Below, piece after piece: positions 1-13,792 of a stretch of 64,000 nt of DNA. Origin of the DNA: Toensbergia leucococca (taxonomy: Eukaryota); the NCBI GenBank assembly GCA_022813965.1, contig JALDZS010000062.1:1-64000 (forward strand), written 5' to 3'. The position numbers were made by a program, and so were the translations under genes. The first letter of the stretch is position 1, and each line of letters begins with the position of its first letter. The notes under the pieces were generated by a model that saw only the letters and a program-made list of their open reading frames with translations, ran no database searches and was not told where the DNA came from.

Positions 1-1090
1 TAAGTATTCAGACATAAAAAGCATGACTTTTCAATATGATTTTAAGCTTCTGCATTGTCTCTAAATATCATAAAGATAAAACAAGGCTTTTATAAATAAA
101 TAATATAATTTTCTGATAATTTGATTTAGAGTCACTACACTGACTTTTTATAAAGATAATGTAATAAATATATTTACTGAATTTAAAAAGTCTCTAAATA
201 TAAAAATTATTACTTTTAAGAATATTTTTAAGTTTCTCAATTGCTTTCAATTAATACAAAGATAAAGTAAGACTTTTGCAGGTGAAATAACATGATTCTT
301 TAGTGATTTGCATGCTAACAAGACTATGTGATTTAAAATCACTAGTAATAAATTGTTAGGTTAGTCATTGATAAGAATAAAATAAAAAGAGCTAAATGTT
401 ATTCTGATTATAATGACGTAAAATAAAGAGTCTAAAACTATATATTACTAAAGCTTATAACTGAAAGAGAGAGAAGTAGTGTCATAGTTTTATTAGTTAA
501 ACTCATAAATGTATAAGATAAGATTATAACCTTAGTGCTATACCTTATTCAGTATTAGTGTAAAACTAAATAAGTCACATAATATTTATGACTTATTTGT
601 AAATAGTTTCTTCTACATACTAGAATTTTAGTTAATTCTGCAATTAATAAGTTAGACTCTGACACATGTAAAAAATATTTATAATGTTTATAACATATAT
701 AATTAAGAAGGTAATTAACATTTTAGAGAGATGAGAAACTAATAGAATTAACTTAACATATGATGTAAAATTATAATTATTCTTTATGCACTTAAAAATA
801 TAGATACTATTACTAAATTAAGTAGTAATAAAGAGAGTGTTAAAATATTAAAATAAGGGTTTGACATTATTGAAAGAAGGTAACAGAATTATTAAACCCT
901 TTATTTATTATACTATTTAATTTTTTCTTTTAGAGATATTATCTTATGATATGATTATCTCTGACAATATTAGTAATAAGAAAGAAGTTAGTAAGGTTAG
1001 TGCAGAATTAATTAATAAATAAATTAAATTAGATTCTATTATTACTAATTATTATTTATTAGTATTTTTACATAATATATTGTTGCATCT

Positions 1091-1315
1091 TGTCAGGAAC
1101 TAGGCTTAGGCAAGAACAGCACAGCTGTATCAGGGGTTTAGGAACTATGATAAGGCTTGATCTATGTACTGAGTACTATACAGGACAAAAGACGAAGGAA
1201 ACAAGAGGAGAACGAGGTTGAAAGGTTATTTAACCTCAGACGAAAAGGAGCACGCTAACGCGTGACTAGGCAGGGTCCAAGGCCTTGGCAGGCCTCTTGG
1301 CCTTGCACCATGACA
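1091..1315. mobile_element. Solo LTR of an LTR retrotransposon (225 bp)
   Basis: Starts TGTCA (1091), ends TGACA (1315): TG...CA inverted termini. Flanked by a perfect 5-bp direct repeat CATCT (1086-1090 and 1316-1320). Visibly GC-richer than its surroundings. Confidence 0.88.
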
Positions 1316-1541
1316 CATCTAAAATCAGAGCTTTTACTTCAAGCATTAAGTTATTAGTAAAGATATAAAAGATAAATAATTCTTAATTGAATAAGTGCAG
1401 ATAGTTTTTTAAACATAATCAAACATTAAAACTTAATTAAAAAGTCTTTATAAAACCTTTAAAAGTTATATATACTAATTATGTTAAGATTTTCTTACTA
1501 AATCATTGCATTTAAACTTATCATAAAATTTATTTCTTATT

Positions 1542-3393
1542 TAGTGCTTATTAGCTTAATGTCACATTCCTCTCAATATTACATAATCTATAGAATTGAA
1601 CTTTATTATTTATTCTATTAATGATGCAAGATAAGCAACTCTTTTTGCTTTAGTCAATTCCTTTGCTTTTCTTTTAGCTTTTGCAGCTACTTTTTACTCA
1701 TCAATAGTAATACATTCTGCTGCCTTTGCAGCCTTTTTTGCCTTTTTGATTTTATAATAATAAAGCAAATATTTAGCTTTTGACACTTTATCTTTAGTCT
1801 GTTTTATTATCATAGCTCATACATTCTTTACAGAGATAATATCATCCTTCTAAGCAATGTTTTTCTTTAATTTCTTGCGTGAAATCTTAGAAATTGCCTG
1901 AGATTTTGTCTCTTAGAGCTCTTTCTTCATAATATCTTTCTTATAAGAAATAACAATAGATTCTTTAAGATAGTAAACAACTAAAGCTTGATATCTTTGA
2001 GAGACATCAGAAGACTCTTTAATTATTGCTTTTAATAGAAATTTATTATTAATAATCTGTCTTATTGTATGTGATGTTGCAAAAGAATTGTTGTCTATTA
2101 ATTTAGAAGGTGTTTTGACTGAGAAGCTTGTTTTTCTTTAATTTTTTCAAAGACTCAGTTAGAATTAAATAAAACTAAGTCAGTATACTTAAAGAAATTG
2201 ATAATAGATAATTTCTTGAAGGCTTTGTTGTGCATTTGCTGAAAAACTGACAGAAAATCAAGCTTCTTAAATTCTATGCTACTAATATATATAGAATCAT
2301 TAATTACTTCTGAATAATAATGTTTGAAAGGTTAAAAAAGGTCTACATCTAATGACTGTATAAGATAAGTAGAATAAGAAGATAATTTAAATAAAACAAT
2401 ATTGTGTGTTGTAACAAAGTCTAGAAATTCTATTATTAAATGAGATTCATACTTATCTACAATAAGAAGTCTTTATGCACTAATCTAATATTTCTTGCTA
2501 TGTTGTTTGAAATACTTGATTCAATGCAGGGCTATCTCATTATTAAAATAGTTGAAATCACTTGTACAAAAAACAATCTTATCATCTAGATTATTTTTCT
2601 GAACTTAGCTGTGTAGAACTTGCTTGTCAGAAAAAATAAGCATGAATAAAATGCTATTGCTGACAGTGTTAAAGCATTCAATGTTAGAGATATACTTTCT
2701 ATTCTCAGAATTATGCAGCTGTACAGAAGAGACCTTATATAGAGAAACAACTCAATGCTCTCAGTCACAGTCTATATAAAAGTCTGTTTTATTTATAATT
2801 TATGTATCTGCATTCTAAATCCCTTTTTCTATTCACACATTATTGTAGACATCAAAATGTAGGCTTAGAGAAATAGAATTCTCTGCATTTACACACTTCA
2901 CAGCTATAGAGTTTTACTTGTATTTGAAAAGCTTAGAATAACATTTAATAAAGTGAGATACTTCTAAAGAACTAATGATTAATGACAGGAAGAAATCAGA
3001 ATGTCTCTTAGATAGAATATAATTTGCAGCATTACAGATTATTAAAATTCTATAAGTCATATTAATCTTATTTAATGAATTAATATACTGCACAATAGCT
3101 GATTTCTAAGCATTATCTAGACATTGATTGATTTGTAATCATGTAGATTTAAAAGGGAGTTCTTTTGCACACTTTTAAAGATGATAAGGTTTTAGATTAA
3201 AATTTATCACTGCAGATCTCAGAGACATGTAATCATTATTCTTATACATGTCTAAGGCCTTCTCTATTCTTTTCTTTACCTGATAATAAGAATAAGACAT
3301 TGCATTGATGTATAATAAATAACTGAAAAGATGATGTATTTATCATAAAAATGTGACATTAAGATGAATGTAATGTTGAGCTGATAAGCACTA
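1542..3393 (-). mobile_element. pogo/Fot1-like (Tc1/mariner superfamily) DNA transposon, RIP-inactivated, ~1.85 kb
   Basis: 44-bp terminal inverted repeats at 1541-1584 and 3351-3394 (35/44 identical; 8 of the 9 mismatches are C/T or G/A transitions). TA at both ends; each TIR has two copies of a CTCAACGTCACAT-like motif; encloses a DDE_1 transposase relic. Confidence 0.92.
1610..3300 (-). pseudogene. DDE_1 (pogo/Fot1) transposase pseudogene
   Basis: Minus strand reads MSYSYYQVKKRIEKALD..., then INQCLDNA*KSAIVQYINSLNKINM (CENP-B-type HTH), INKTDFYIDC (DETGF motif) and LLIVDKYESHLIIEFLDF...LSSYSTYLIQSLDVDLF*PFKHYY (DGHGSH...PPHSTHLLQPLDVG motif). Deviations fit G>A/C>T changes; many stops. 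Confidence 0.92.
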
Positions 3394-3929
3394 AAGATAA
3401 AACCTTTTATAAGAAGGATTTGAATGAAATAATAAAACGATCATATCTTGACATGATTAATAACATAAGTTATAAGAGTAAGAAGTAAGAAGGATTTAAA
3501 TACTACTGAATTTTAGGTGATATGTGTGATTTTCTTAAGCGCCAAGGTTTTACACGTTTTGTGCACGCGCTAATAAGTCAGATTAAAAACGGATGACTCT
3601 TATCGCCGTTCCTTCTGAGCTTATCACCGGTTCCTGCCAACTTTGCACTCACATACGTAAATAGTTCATACCACGGTATCCTACCCCAGAATTATTATTT
3701 TTTCCTCAACCTCTGAGTCTTGAGTCCATCCTTAGCTCCAACGCTTTACCCTTTCATCAGTAACACTACAGCCGTTGCACTCCTTGATGGCTTAGACATA
3801 TCCTTAGAGACACTTCAACATCCTTGACCCCATACATCCTGCCACATTCTCATTCACCTTGATATATTGAACAGTGCCTGTCCGGACCGCCATTGAATTA
3901 GGAAATTTCCTACCCAGTCCCTCCTTACA

Positions 3930-6900
3930 ATGGTCGTCATTGACCAGCATGAGTATCTGTGTGAAGAAGAAAAACGTCTGAAAGACGACCGTGAGCGTAA
4001 GAAATACTGGAAGAAGTGGGGTCCTTATGTTGCCGAGAGACAGTGGGCTACAGGTGAGATAAATATCTCAGTGCAAAAAGCCCAAGACCTGACCATGCGG
4101 GTTTGACAGTGAGAGAGGATTACTCGTAAGTGCAACGCCATGATTGTGCTGCTTGAGTAATGAACCGTTGTTCAGTGAAGACGGCGATGCTTGGAGCCGT
4201 GAGCCATTATCCATTCAATTTAAATCTTGAACCGCCCGTCCGTTAAATATCTTACAGATTTCTCCCACGACCATGCTAGGTCGCGAACTTTTCGATGGGG
4301 TGAAGACGGCATTGCTGGGGTTTCTGATTCCCATGGCCTTCAGAACATAGCCTTTGCCTTTTGGAACGAAAAAGAGTATGAATGTCTTTCCCAAGCATCC
4401 TCTATTCATGGCTAACGCTACTTAGTGACTTCTTGAAAGAGAGACTGTTTGGACTCTCCAACCCGCAGGGCAACCATGGCGAAAGCATTAAAGAAGCCCA
4501 CTTTCATCTCGACAACACCCCTACGGTAGGACAAATTCCCATGCATGATACTAAAAACTAATTATACTCGTTGAAGCACTCCTATATGAAATATCTCTAC
4601 AAATACCCACAAAAACGGTTTCCTTACGAAGACCTCGTAGCTGAGAACGCCAGACGCGGCAAAACGGACAAAGAGTATCAAGTACTGGATACTGGTATCT
4701 TTGAGGAAGATCGGTACTGGGACATCTTTGTTGAGATTGCCAAGGAAACGGAAGATGAAGAAGAGTTGTTGTTTCGAGTGTCCGCATACAACCGTGGACC
4801 AGATCCGGCACCACTTCATATCGTGCCCCACGTCTGGTTTAGAAACACCTGGGCCTGGGGTCTTGAGAAAATGGGCAAAAAACCGTCCATTCGTCAAATT
4901 GCGCCTATGACTGCTCAATCCAAGCATTGGAAACTTGGGGATCGATTTTTCCAATTGTCCCCTTCGCCAGGTATAGGAAAAAGCGGCCAGGATATCCAAC
5001 CCCAGATGATATTTACTGAGAATGACACTAACTACAAGGCATTATACGGTGGCCAGAACCCGCAACCCTACGTAAAGGACGCATTTCATAGGTTGATTGT
5101 AGATGGCGAGCGGGGTGCTGTCAATCCTCATTGTAGAGGTACCAAGAGTGCAGCATGGTATGCTTTTGACGAGGGGGACGGAGTAGCCCCAGGCGAATGT
5201 GCGGTAGTGCGCTTCAGGTTGTCAAAGAAATACGAGGGCTACCTTGACGAGGAGCTGTTTGACGAGGTAATCGAACAAAGAAGGAGTGAAGCTGACGAGT
5301 TCTTTTGGCGCATCAGCCCTCTTCCCATGGCAGATGACCTTCGAAACATCCAGCGGCAGGCGCTTTCTGGCATGCTCTGGACCAAGCAGTACTACCATTT
5401 TATATGGGAACAATGGGCTCACGGTGACCCAGCGATGCCGTCGCCTCCTCCTGAGAGGAAGGCCGTACGTAATCAGAATTGGAAGCACATGCATCTTGAC
5501 GATGTCCTGTCGATGCCAGATTCGTGGGAGTATCCGTTCTTTGCTGCCTGGGACACTGCGTTTCATTGCATACCTCTAGCCATGCTAGACCCTGAATTCG
5601 CAAAGAAGCAATTGGATCTTCTGACGCGAGAGTGGTACATGCATCCAAATGGCCAGCTTCCAGCCTACGAATGGAATTTTGGTGATGTTAACCCTCCAGT
5701 TCACGCCTGGTCAGTATTCCGTACCTTCAAGATTGAGCGAAAAATGTACGGTCGTCAAGATCTGGACTTTCTTGAACGTGTTTTCCAAAAGCTCTTACTC
5801 AATTTCACTTGGTGGGTCAACCGGAAAGACTTCGATGGCAAGAATGTGTTTGAGGGTGGATTCCTTGGTCTTGATAACATTGGACTTTTCAACCGCTCAG
5901 AGCCTTTACCTACCGGCGGGGTCCTTGAGCAAGCGGATAGCACAGGGTGGATGGCCTTTTACTGCTTATCCATGCTAAACATTGCCCTTGAGTTGGCAAA
6001 GCATCGCCGCATCTACGAAGACAGTAAGTCATTGTCAGGTTTGCTTGGCTCTGTCTATACTTATGGTCTTGTAGTTGCCTCGAAATTTTTCGAGCATTTC
6101 ATTCTCATTAGTGATGCAATGACATTTAGAGCTGGTGGCAAAGAGACTTCTCTGTGGAACGATGATGATGGGTAAGTCATTCGTATCCCCCGATACACGC
6201 CTTGCTGATCATGAAGCTTTTATTACGATGCTATTTCCTGGGGTGGACCGTGGACTCAACAACTTCCGGTACGCTCGTTAGTGGGACTGATACCGCTTTA
6301 CGCCGTCCTAACGCTGGAGCCGGAGCTCATCAACAAATTCCCATCTTTCAAGAGACGCCTCAATTGGTTCATTGAAAACCGTCATGATGTTGCAGAACGT
6401 AATATTGCAAGCATGAAACGACGCGGTAAGGATGATAGATTGCTACTGTCACTGGTAAGCAAGGAAAGATTGGAAAAAATCTTGAAGCGAATGCTTGACG
6501 AGACCGAATTTCTGGCCGATCATGGCATTCGATCATTATCAAAGTATCATGAAGACAATCCATATTCCATGGAAGTCAATGGGCAAGAATTCAAGGTTGG
6601 GTACGTTCCTGGCGACTCGGACAGTGGACTATTTGGCGGGAACAGCAATTGGCGAGGGCCTATTTGGCTTTGTGTGAATTTCTTACTTGTAGAATCTCTG
6701 CTCCGGTTCTACATGTTTTACGGGAACTCTCTGCAGATTGAATGCCCCACAGGTTCTGGAGATCACATGCACTTGGGTCACGTTGCGGAAGAGATTCAGC
6801 ACCGCCTGCAGCATCTTTTTGTGCGTGGAGATGATGGCCGGAGAGCAGTCAACCATGGTAATGACACGCTAGATTATGACCCACATTGGAAGGATTATCT

Positions 6901-7418
6901 TTGGTTTTATGAATTTTTTGATGCAGACACAGGTAGAGGACTGGGTGCGACGCATCAATGTGGCTGGTCAGGTCTGATTGCGAAAATGATCCACGACACT
7001 GGGTAAGTGGATGTTCCCCAAGTTCATATTGCCTCAATCTAATATCTTCTGCAGTATCAACTGTCGTCTACCTCAGACCCCTAGAACTCCCTCGACGGCA
7101 GCAGCCCATTACTTTGATGACATTTTTTCTCGTGCCACGAAACCTGGCGGTGTAAAACCGACTCGCATCCGACGCTCATCCACAACGAGATCAATCGGGA
7201 ACCGTAGCAGTTTCACTACGTCTGTCAACGGTGATGGTGACGATGGTGCATCGACTTTTAATTCAGTAGGACCAGATCACGAGGAAAACGAGAGGAGAAA
7301 AAGTGAGGCCAACCAGCATGTTGCCAATTACGTTACCGACCAGCTCGAACGCATTCGCACCAATGAGCCTGTGTTCATCGATGAAGACGAGTTTGAAGCG
7401 CAATTGGACGGTCAGTGA
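3930..7418 (+). CDS. Glycoside hydrolase family 63-like (MGH1-like / YMR196W-type) protein, multi-exon
   Basis: Exons give [91 protein letters not shown] and [17 protein letters not shown] introns at 4054-4109, 4126-4175, 4199-4257, 6024-6074 and others. Confidence 0.88.
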
Positions 7419-7861
7419 CCTGATTGCGGATAAATCCGGAGAATAACAGAGCGGTCTCGATATTGTCAAGCTCTCCGACGGCTTTTCTGTGCACTTTCAT
7501 TGCCCACGGCGCAGGTTGCTAATGCTGTATACCCTAGATTAGAATTAGAAGTAGAAGCCAGCATGGCGACAATTGATGAAGCTACCACATCTCAGGCACT
7601 TTTTCGTGCAAGTCCTGCGGGAGACATATCAAGGATGTATGTAGCCGTATATGCATTGATATTGGCGGAGCACAGGAGTGAGGTTTCTGTTGGGTACCAA
7701 TTTGGACTTGCTCTCAGTGCTTCCTGTGGACTTCATCACAGCAGAGCTCATATTCATGATCATAGGAAAAATGACAGAAGAGCACTCATTTAGAGGTTTG
7801 ATGTATCTACCTGAGACGTGTAAATACGCGACCCTGTCCTTTCCTAGACACAAACCATACT

Positions 7862-8777
7862 TCAAAGAGCGTCTGTCAACAGCTTGTTCATCTTTGATAC
7901 TTTTGAAGAGACGCTGAGATCAATTGTTCGATCCCCAATCTCTACAACCAGACCACCCATGATGTCGGGATTGACCTGTTCTACGTTTTAGCTCTGGATC
8001 AATTTGACAAAGTACTTTGGGATGACAAACTTTAGGAACCACCTTAAGCTTCTTGCCCTGGCTGTATTCGGACTTCGCAACGGCAGTCTCTAGCCGCTGG
8101 AGGGTCTTGGGATCAAGTTTCTAGATTGAGGACGATCAGGTCATTGATGGAGGGCAACAGCAGCCTGCGAACTCACGGATGCACTTGTGACGGTCAAGTC
8201 GACCTCGCCTCTAGTAGCCCCCATCAGAGTCGCAAACTTCTCGCATACGCCTTCCAATATTCCCAAGCGATTATTCTCCGACAGAGTACTCAGAAAATTC
8301 TTGACAGTGTCTCCCTTATCAACCCCTCCCATGTGTCTCTGTAATTCCGCCACAATCTGAGATTTGTCGCCGGAGGTCAGAGTTGGGGCAGTCAAGATTA
8401 CTGCCAGCTTTGGGTCTTTTTTGAAGACATCGGCAAGAGCTGCCAACGATTTGGAGGTACTATCGAGGGTGGAAGTCTTGACCGCTGCTGTGTACTGTAG
8501 AGATACTTTGGTTAGCCAAGTACATGTTCCCCAATGGACTTTGATGTAGTAGCCATTGTGATGCAACAGGTGTTATCAACTGGATTTGATATACCAAGGC
8601 ACTTGCATAGGTCCCATCTAAGCCAAACAGAGCAACTGGAGGCTTGCTATCCTGCGATGGAGCAACCTGAGCGTAGGTTCTCAGGAGGGGAAGGAGGGGA
8701 GAGACGGCGCGATGAGCACAATGACTTCGCGAGGCGATAGATGGCAGTACCAGAAGTCGGACTTGCCTTGAGAGCAT
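7862..8777 (-). CDS. ATP5: Mitochondrial ATP synthase OSCP subunit (subunit 5)
   Basis: Basic presequence, then PPVALFGLDGTYASALY, NFLSTLSENNRLG and VNPDIMGGLVVEIGDRTIDLSVSSKVSKMNKLLTDAL*; 4 exons. Confidence 0.96.
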
Positions 8778-9139
8778 GACTGTTGTGATGAGAGACAACC
8801 AAGGGGACGTTGCAAGTTGCGTGTTGCATAACAGAATGCTGAAGCTTTCTGTAGGTACTCCGTAGGTCCTGACGGAGCTATTCTAGCCGTATTCTATTCT
8901 ATCCGGTCACGGTAACCTTGCCCTTGCCCATTGGACTAAGTCAGCCACAATGGAAATTCGATTGCGCTATATAACAAACACTACCATTCAGATTTTATTG
9001 AATCAATTGCTAACATTGCACTTAAAGGTATCATAGTAACTACATGAAAGACCCGAACGCCATATCAACATCATGATATCTGTGACTGTGTGCCAATGCT
9101 CCACAGATGAAACGCAGCAATACAGCCTCGAATGAATTA

Positions 9140-10141
9140 TTAGTCACTCCTCAGCATGCTGTCCACTAGGTCGCCTAAAGGACCCCAGAAATCTTTGCCA
9201 CTCGCCAAACTATGCTCGTCGATGAAGAGGACATAATGTTTGAAGCTTGTGTTGAGATGTGGTTCAAGTCCAAGCTGCACGATGACTGGGTAGTGATGGC
9301 AGTAGATGTGCGCATATACTCTGTACAGGCGCTTGAAGACTTGACGTATAAGAGGGGGGAAGGTTTTGGGGAATGGAACGCCTAGATCTCGGTCGTCAGT
9401 AGGCCTCGATGAGAGCACTGTCGGGGTTAGGTATCTTCACCAATTCTGCTGGGGAACATTGACTCGTTGTCAATATTACCCTGCACCCAGGCCATCAAAT
9501 GCTCAATATATTCCGGTGCTGGCATTTTTGTCGGCCGTTTGTAGTTCTCCGAATCCTGCCATAGATACTCGAATCTAGGCGCATTTAGTATTGGACAAAA
9601 CATCCAGGGTTTTGGCATTATGTACTCGTCTGACGCCTTCATTTCAGGGCACGATTGTGGGGAGCAGAACTCAGTGATTGATCCGTACAATAGGTTTATC
9701 TGATTGTAGAAATCGACCACTTTATCATATATCGTCAGCAAGTGACCACTTAGTTTGCAAAGGGTTTGGCTTGCCATTGACAGCCAGCCATTCATTCAAA
9801 TCCTCCCCTTCTGGTAGCTTCACTGCTTTTCGCAAGCTACCACTTCCAAGCGTGGCTTCTGCAAACTGTCTTAATTGGTAATTACTAGTCCCTTTATTCG
9901 CGTTCCTGGGTTTGAATTGACCCCTTGTCCGGGCATTGCTGGAAATTTTGTGTTGTAAGCTGGAAGATTTTGGGAAGTGTTCGTTATCAAGAAGATGACC
10001 TGCTTCTAGGGGCCGGGATAGATGGGGGCTTGTGATGAGACTCGAAGACGATTGAGCGAGGGTGAAAACGGGCGGAATGGGCTTTGAGAAGACATCAGGG
10101 AACGGAGCGGAGACGAACATTGTAGTGATGAACGAAGTCAT
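9140..10141 (-). CDS. MOB1: MOB kinase activator Mob1 (SIN/MEN)
   Basis: [49 protein letters not shown] and [15 protein letters not shown]...HLNTSFKH; several introns. Confidence 0.96.
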
Positions 10142-11227
10142 TCTCTGACCTATGTATCTGGTGCTTCTGCAGCGAATCAAAAGGCGTTGTTTGTTTAGTC
10201 GCTGCGCTGCAAATTGTTAACTGGGCAACATGTTGGATCTATTGAGACGCATACCTCTACGAGAACATATAGAGGAGGTTGAACGTCGTGGTCGCTAGCA
10301 TCGTCGCTATTTAAGTATTCATAAGGTACTCCGTATGTTTACAAGTATTGCGCAACGGATAGGTTGATTTTCTTCGTCGGCTCGGCAACTCATAGAATAC
10401 CTAGTTCTAGAATATATTACGAGATTACCTATCTGAGCCGATCTCTATGGAATTCTATTGAACAAACGTTGAACAAATCATCTGGAGAACCTTGACCATC
10501 CTATCATGACGTCCGTTGCACTCCAAGGTACTATCCTAGATTTGAGTAGATGGTAATGAATCATTGCTAAAATCGATTCCAAAAGTGTACCAGGAGGCCA
10601 TGGCATTTCATTATGCGCCTGCATCATGCAAATTAGTTTTAGGCCTTTACCAGAGTTTGCCACGTCCGCGATATATATCAGACTGGGTGTACCGGCGAGT
10701 GCTAGTCTTGGCTTGAAGACTGCCAAAATGACCGGATCCTCAATGGCTCTAGCTCGATGCTCAGCCCATGCTTGCACTCAGCATCGTCAGCACCTGTGTT
10801 CAACTTTAGGCGTGAACCTTCTTTTGAAGCAGTTATTTGTACATCGAATGGTCCAGGGACATGGTTCGGTGCTTGTTGAATTATGAGGCCACCGAGTTGA
10901 GAAAGCAACATGGACCGGTGGACAAATATTGCCAGGCATTGGCGTCGTTGTGGTGTATTTGCACCCAAGCATCCGACTGAAGTACGCTACGTATTGTCTC
11001 GGTATATGGTTTTGCTGATCACAGAGTGGTAAACCATCTGTCACTTGAGGACTATCTGCATCGATGTCTGCAATGGATCGAGATGACGGTCTCGGCACTT
11101 GGCAGGTTCTTCCGCAGCACGTAGAGGTGGTTTGTCTGTTCTGTTCTTTAAGTGATAAGATTTTTAACAAGTCTGATCCTTTTAAAGTCCGAAGGATTAG
11201 TTGCTACACTTGTGTCATATCGCAGTT

Positions 11228-13792
11228 TCATATCGGTAAATCGTCGACCTCGTTTTTCTCATTGAATCCAGTAGCACCGTAGACTCGTATTGGGAGGGAT
11301 ATATTGATACTTTCGCAAGATAAATCTTGAACAGCGGCCGTAACAGTGCCTCTCTCATCCCTCGCTACCTCCTCCATTGGTTCTTCAATACCATCATTGA
11401 GCTCTCCTTCACATCTGGCCCGACTAATGACAAATTCAAACCGTAAGCTCCATTCGAGGTTTATCCCAGATGTAAGGAAGTCTGGGGTAGAGGTAAAGGG
11501 AATCGTTGGGCTGAAGACTGTTCTTCTTGCAAAAACAGCAGACTCTAGTAGAGAGGCATGGATTCGGCGCGTCACACGCTGGATACTGCTTTTCGAGCGT
11601 AAGGCTATGGCAGGGTCAATAGTTTCACTAGTCTCTAACGTGGCGTGTAGTGAGTAGCAAGATATATCAGTGTCGCTGAAGTTTACAGTAGCGTAGATAG
11701 TCTCTCCTAGTCGGTAAGCGGGGCGGGCTAGCATGATTACGGCCACGCGATCACCGCTGCGTGTGATTTCGAATCGATTAGGGCTCAGCCTAGATAAAGT
11801 CGTAGAGTTGCTCTGTAGTATAGCAAGATCGATGGCATCCTTTGCAGAAATGGGATCCTCAATCTCTGGAATGCGAGACCTTGGTCCATCCTCTGTTGGT
11901 GAAAGAAGACCAAGGCTACTGTTCTGTCTGGGTTTGTCAAGGATTTTCTCAGCATATGCAAGAAAATCTCGGATGGATGAGTCTGACTGGCCAATAGAAG
12001 ATGTTACTGCCATAGCGTCTTCAGTTGATGGCTGTACATTGAGGGTGGAAACATGGGCGTCCTTTTGAAGAATGATATATGGAGACATCAGGTTATGGCC
12101 TAGGATATCGCCTCGACCTTGCTTGTATCAGATGCAGTTGTAAAATTTTGATGGGAGCGTCATACCATTGACACCGGGTAAGACTCTGAACGGGACATCT
12201 ACAAGCCGGACATCATGCTGCTGGGAAGACTTAGTTGCCCTCTGTATTCCAATCACCAGATTGTAGGAAATCTTTATAGCCCTGCCTCTGTGGCTCGGCG
12301 GTATGCCCCTTGGTAATGCATGGCTGTATGTGTATGTTCTACTCTCGCCTGGGCCGAGCTGCAAATCTACGAACAATATCGATTGAGGAGTCGACAAGAT
12401 GGGGACTGATTTCGTATTGGCGATGCTCTTCATTTCTTTGATGCTGCTTAGTTCACTGCCTCCAAGAAGACCACCTAGAGACTCTCCGATGTGACCCCAG
12501 CCTAATGATCCCAATAATCTGTTCTCTCTTTTCGTTGTTTCAATACCAACAACCCCTCCTCCACTTTGACCGTTCATAATGCCTTTTCTTTTCGCCTCCT
12601 CGAATGGCGCTTGGTTGACTAAAGATCCATCAAGGGTGAAAGATCCCACGATCTGTCCATAGCCCATCATCAAGGTCTCCGGAGGCTTTTGATGACTCGC
12701 AGGTCGAAGCAGCGACGGCCGTCGTCGGGAAAGTAAGCTTTGCGACAAGTAATTATGGTCCTGAGCGATATACTCGGAAGCTAGTGTTTCTGTCGAATTG
12801 TTACTCACAGAATAAAAGTCCCCACTACTCCTTGGCGTCCCGCTCAAGCTCGCCGGAGACGCAATTCTCGTATTTGGGTTGATGTGATCTATTCCAGCAC
12901 CGGAATTTCTGGGCGGTCGGGGAGACAAAGACCTCGCAAAATCTCCAGGAGCCTTAGTGATAGCATTGTTCGGCACCAGCACAGGCTCCTCGCTCTTAGA
13001 AGTAGGCTCTTTAGGAAACTTGAAATTTGTGGTGGAAGAACCAGAATGGTCCCTGGCAGCTCTAGATGAGGCCAATGTTGCTAGCACGATCGCTTTTGAA
13101 TTCTTTGATGGCATGGACTGTAGACTAGAGCCTTGACTCGCAAAGGAAATAGAATTTCTGGAAAGCGGCGATCGTGATATAGCGGTCCGTTCATTGACTA
13201 ATATTGGAGTAGGTGTTAGCTTGGTTCGTGGTATTGCCAGGGTTTTATGGTTACCTGAAGGCGTCCCTAAGCTCGCTGCCTCATTTGGTCGAGGCAAGAC
13301 CTGTAGGCTAAGAGCCCGGGAGTGACCTCTAGCAGGTATTCGCAACATCACAGGCTGGCCGTTCGTTTGTAATCCGTCACCATCTGACACGTCGGCACCG
13401 ATTGAGATAATTGAGACGGATCTTTTATGCTTATGGATTGGGAAAGTCCCCTCGTCAGATGTAGCTCTTGAATTGTCTGGACGCACCATTTGCTTTGCAT
13501 TGTGAGGAGGGTTTGGTTTGATTCTTGATCCATGTCCCTGAACATTCGTCTGGGGCGAGTTTGAATTTGATGACAGGCTATGATGATTCTGATCGACGAT
13601 TGATAGCAGCGGTGCTGTGTCTTTCCAGCGCTCTCGAGCAGAGCCTCGATCCTGCACTTGCGACTTGGTAGAGACTAGTGGACGATTTGGAGACCGCTGA
13701 GTGTTGTTCTTGAATGTTATCTGGCACTTGACATCCTCACCGGCGAATACTGTAGACTTTTCCCAGTGAACGAATACGCGGATATTTGACAT
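11228..13792 (-). CDS. RGP1: Rgp1, subunit of the Ric1-Rgp1 Ypt6/Rab6 GEF
   Basis: N-terminal VFVHWEKSTVFAGEDVKCQITFKN; ETLMMGYGQIVGSFTLDGSLV; PILSTPQSILFVDLQLGPGES; C-terminal LEWSLRFEFV. Confidence 0.88.

Larger units (their letters stand above)
1..3530. repeat. AT-rich, RIP-degraded repeat block (nested transposon relics)
   Basis: Very AT-rich with TpA excess, scarce CpG and no long ORFs; composition returns abruptly to genic at ~3530. Contains the two elements listed next. Confidence 0.9.

Noticed and set aside
480..966. Second solo LTR (TGTCA at 480; TGACA ending at 664 or 966)
   Set aside because: No matching target-site duplication at either candidate end.
10478..11170. Short overlapping ORFs between MOB1 and RGP1
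   Set aside because: No recognisable motif or consistent splice model; probably promoter/UTR sequence, although a very old relic cannot be excluded.
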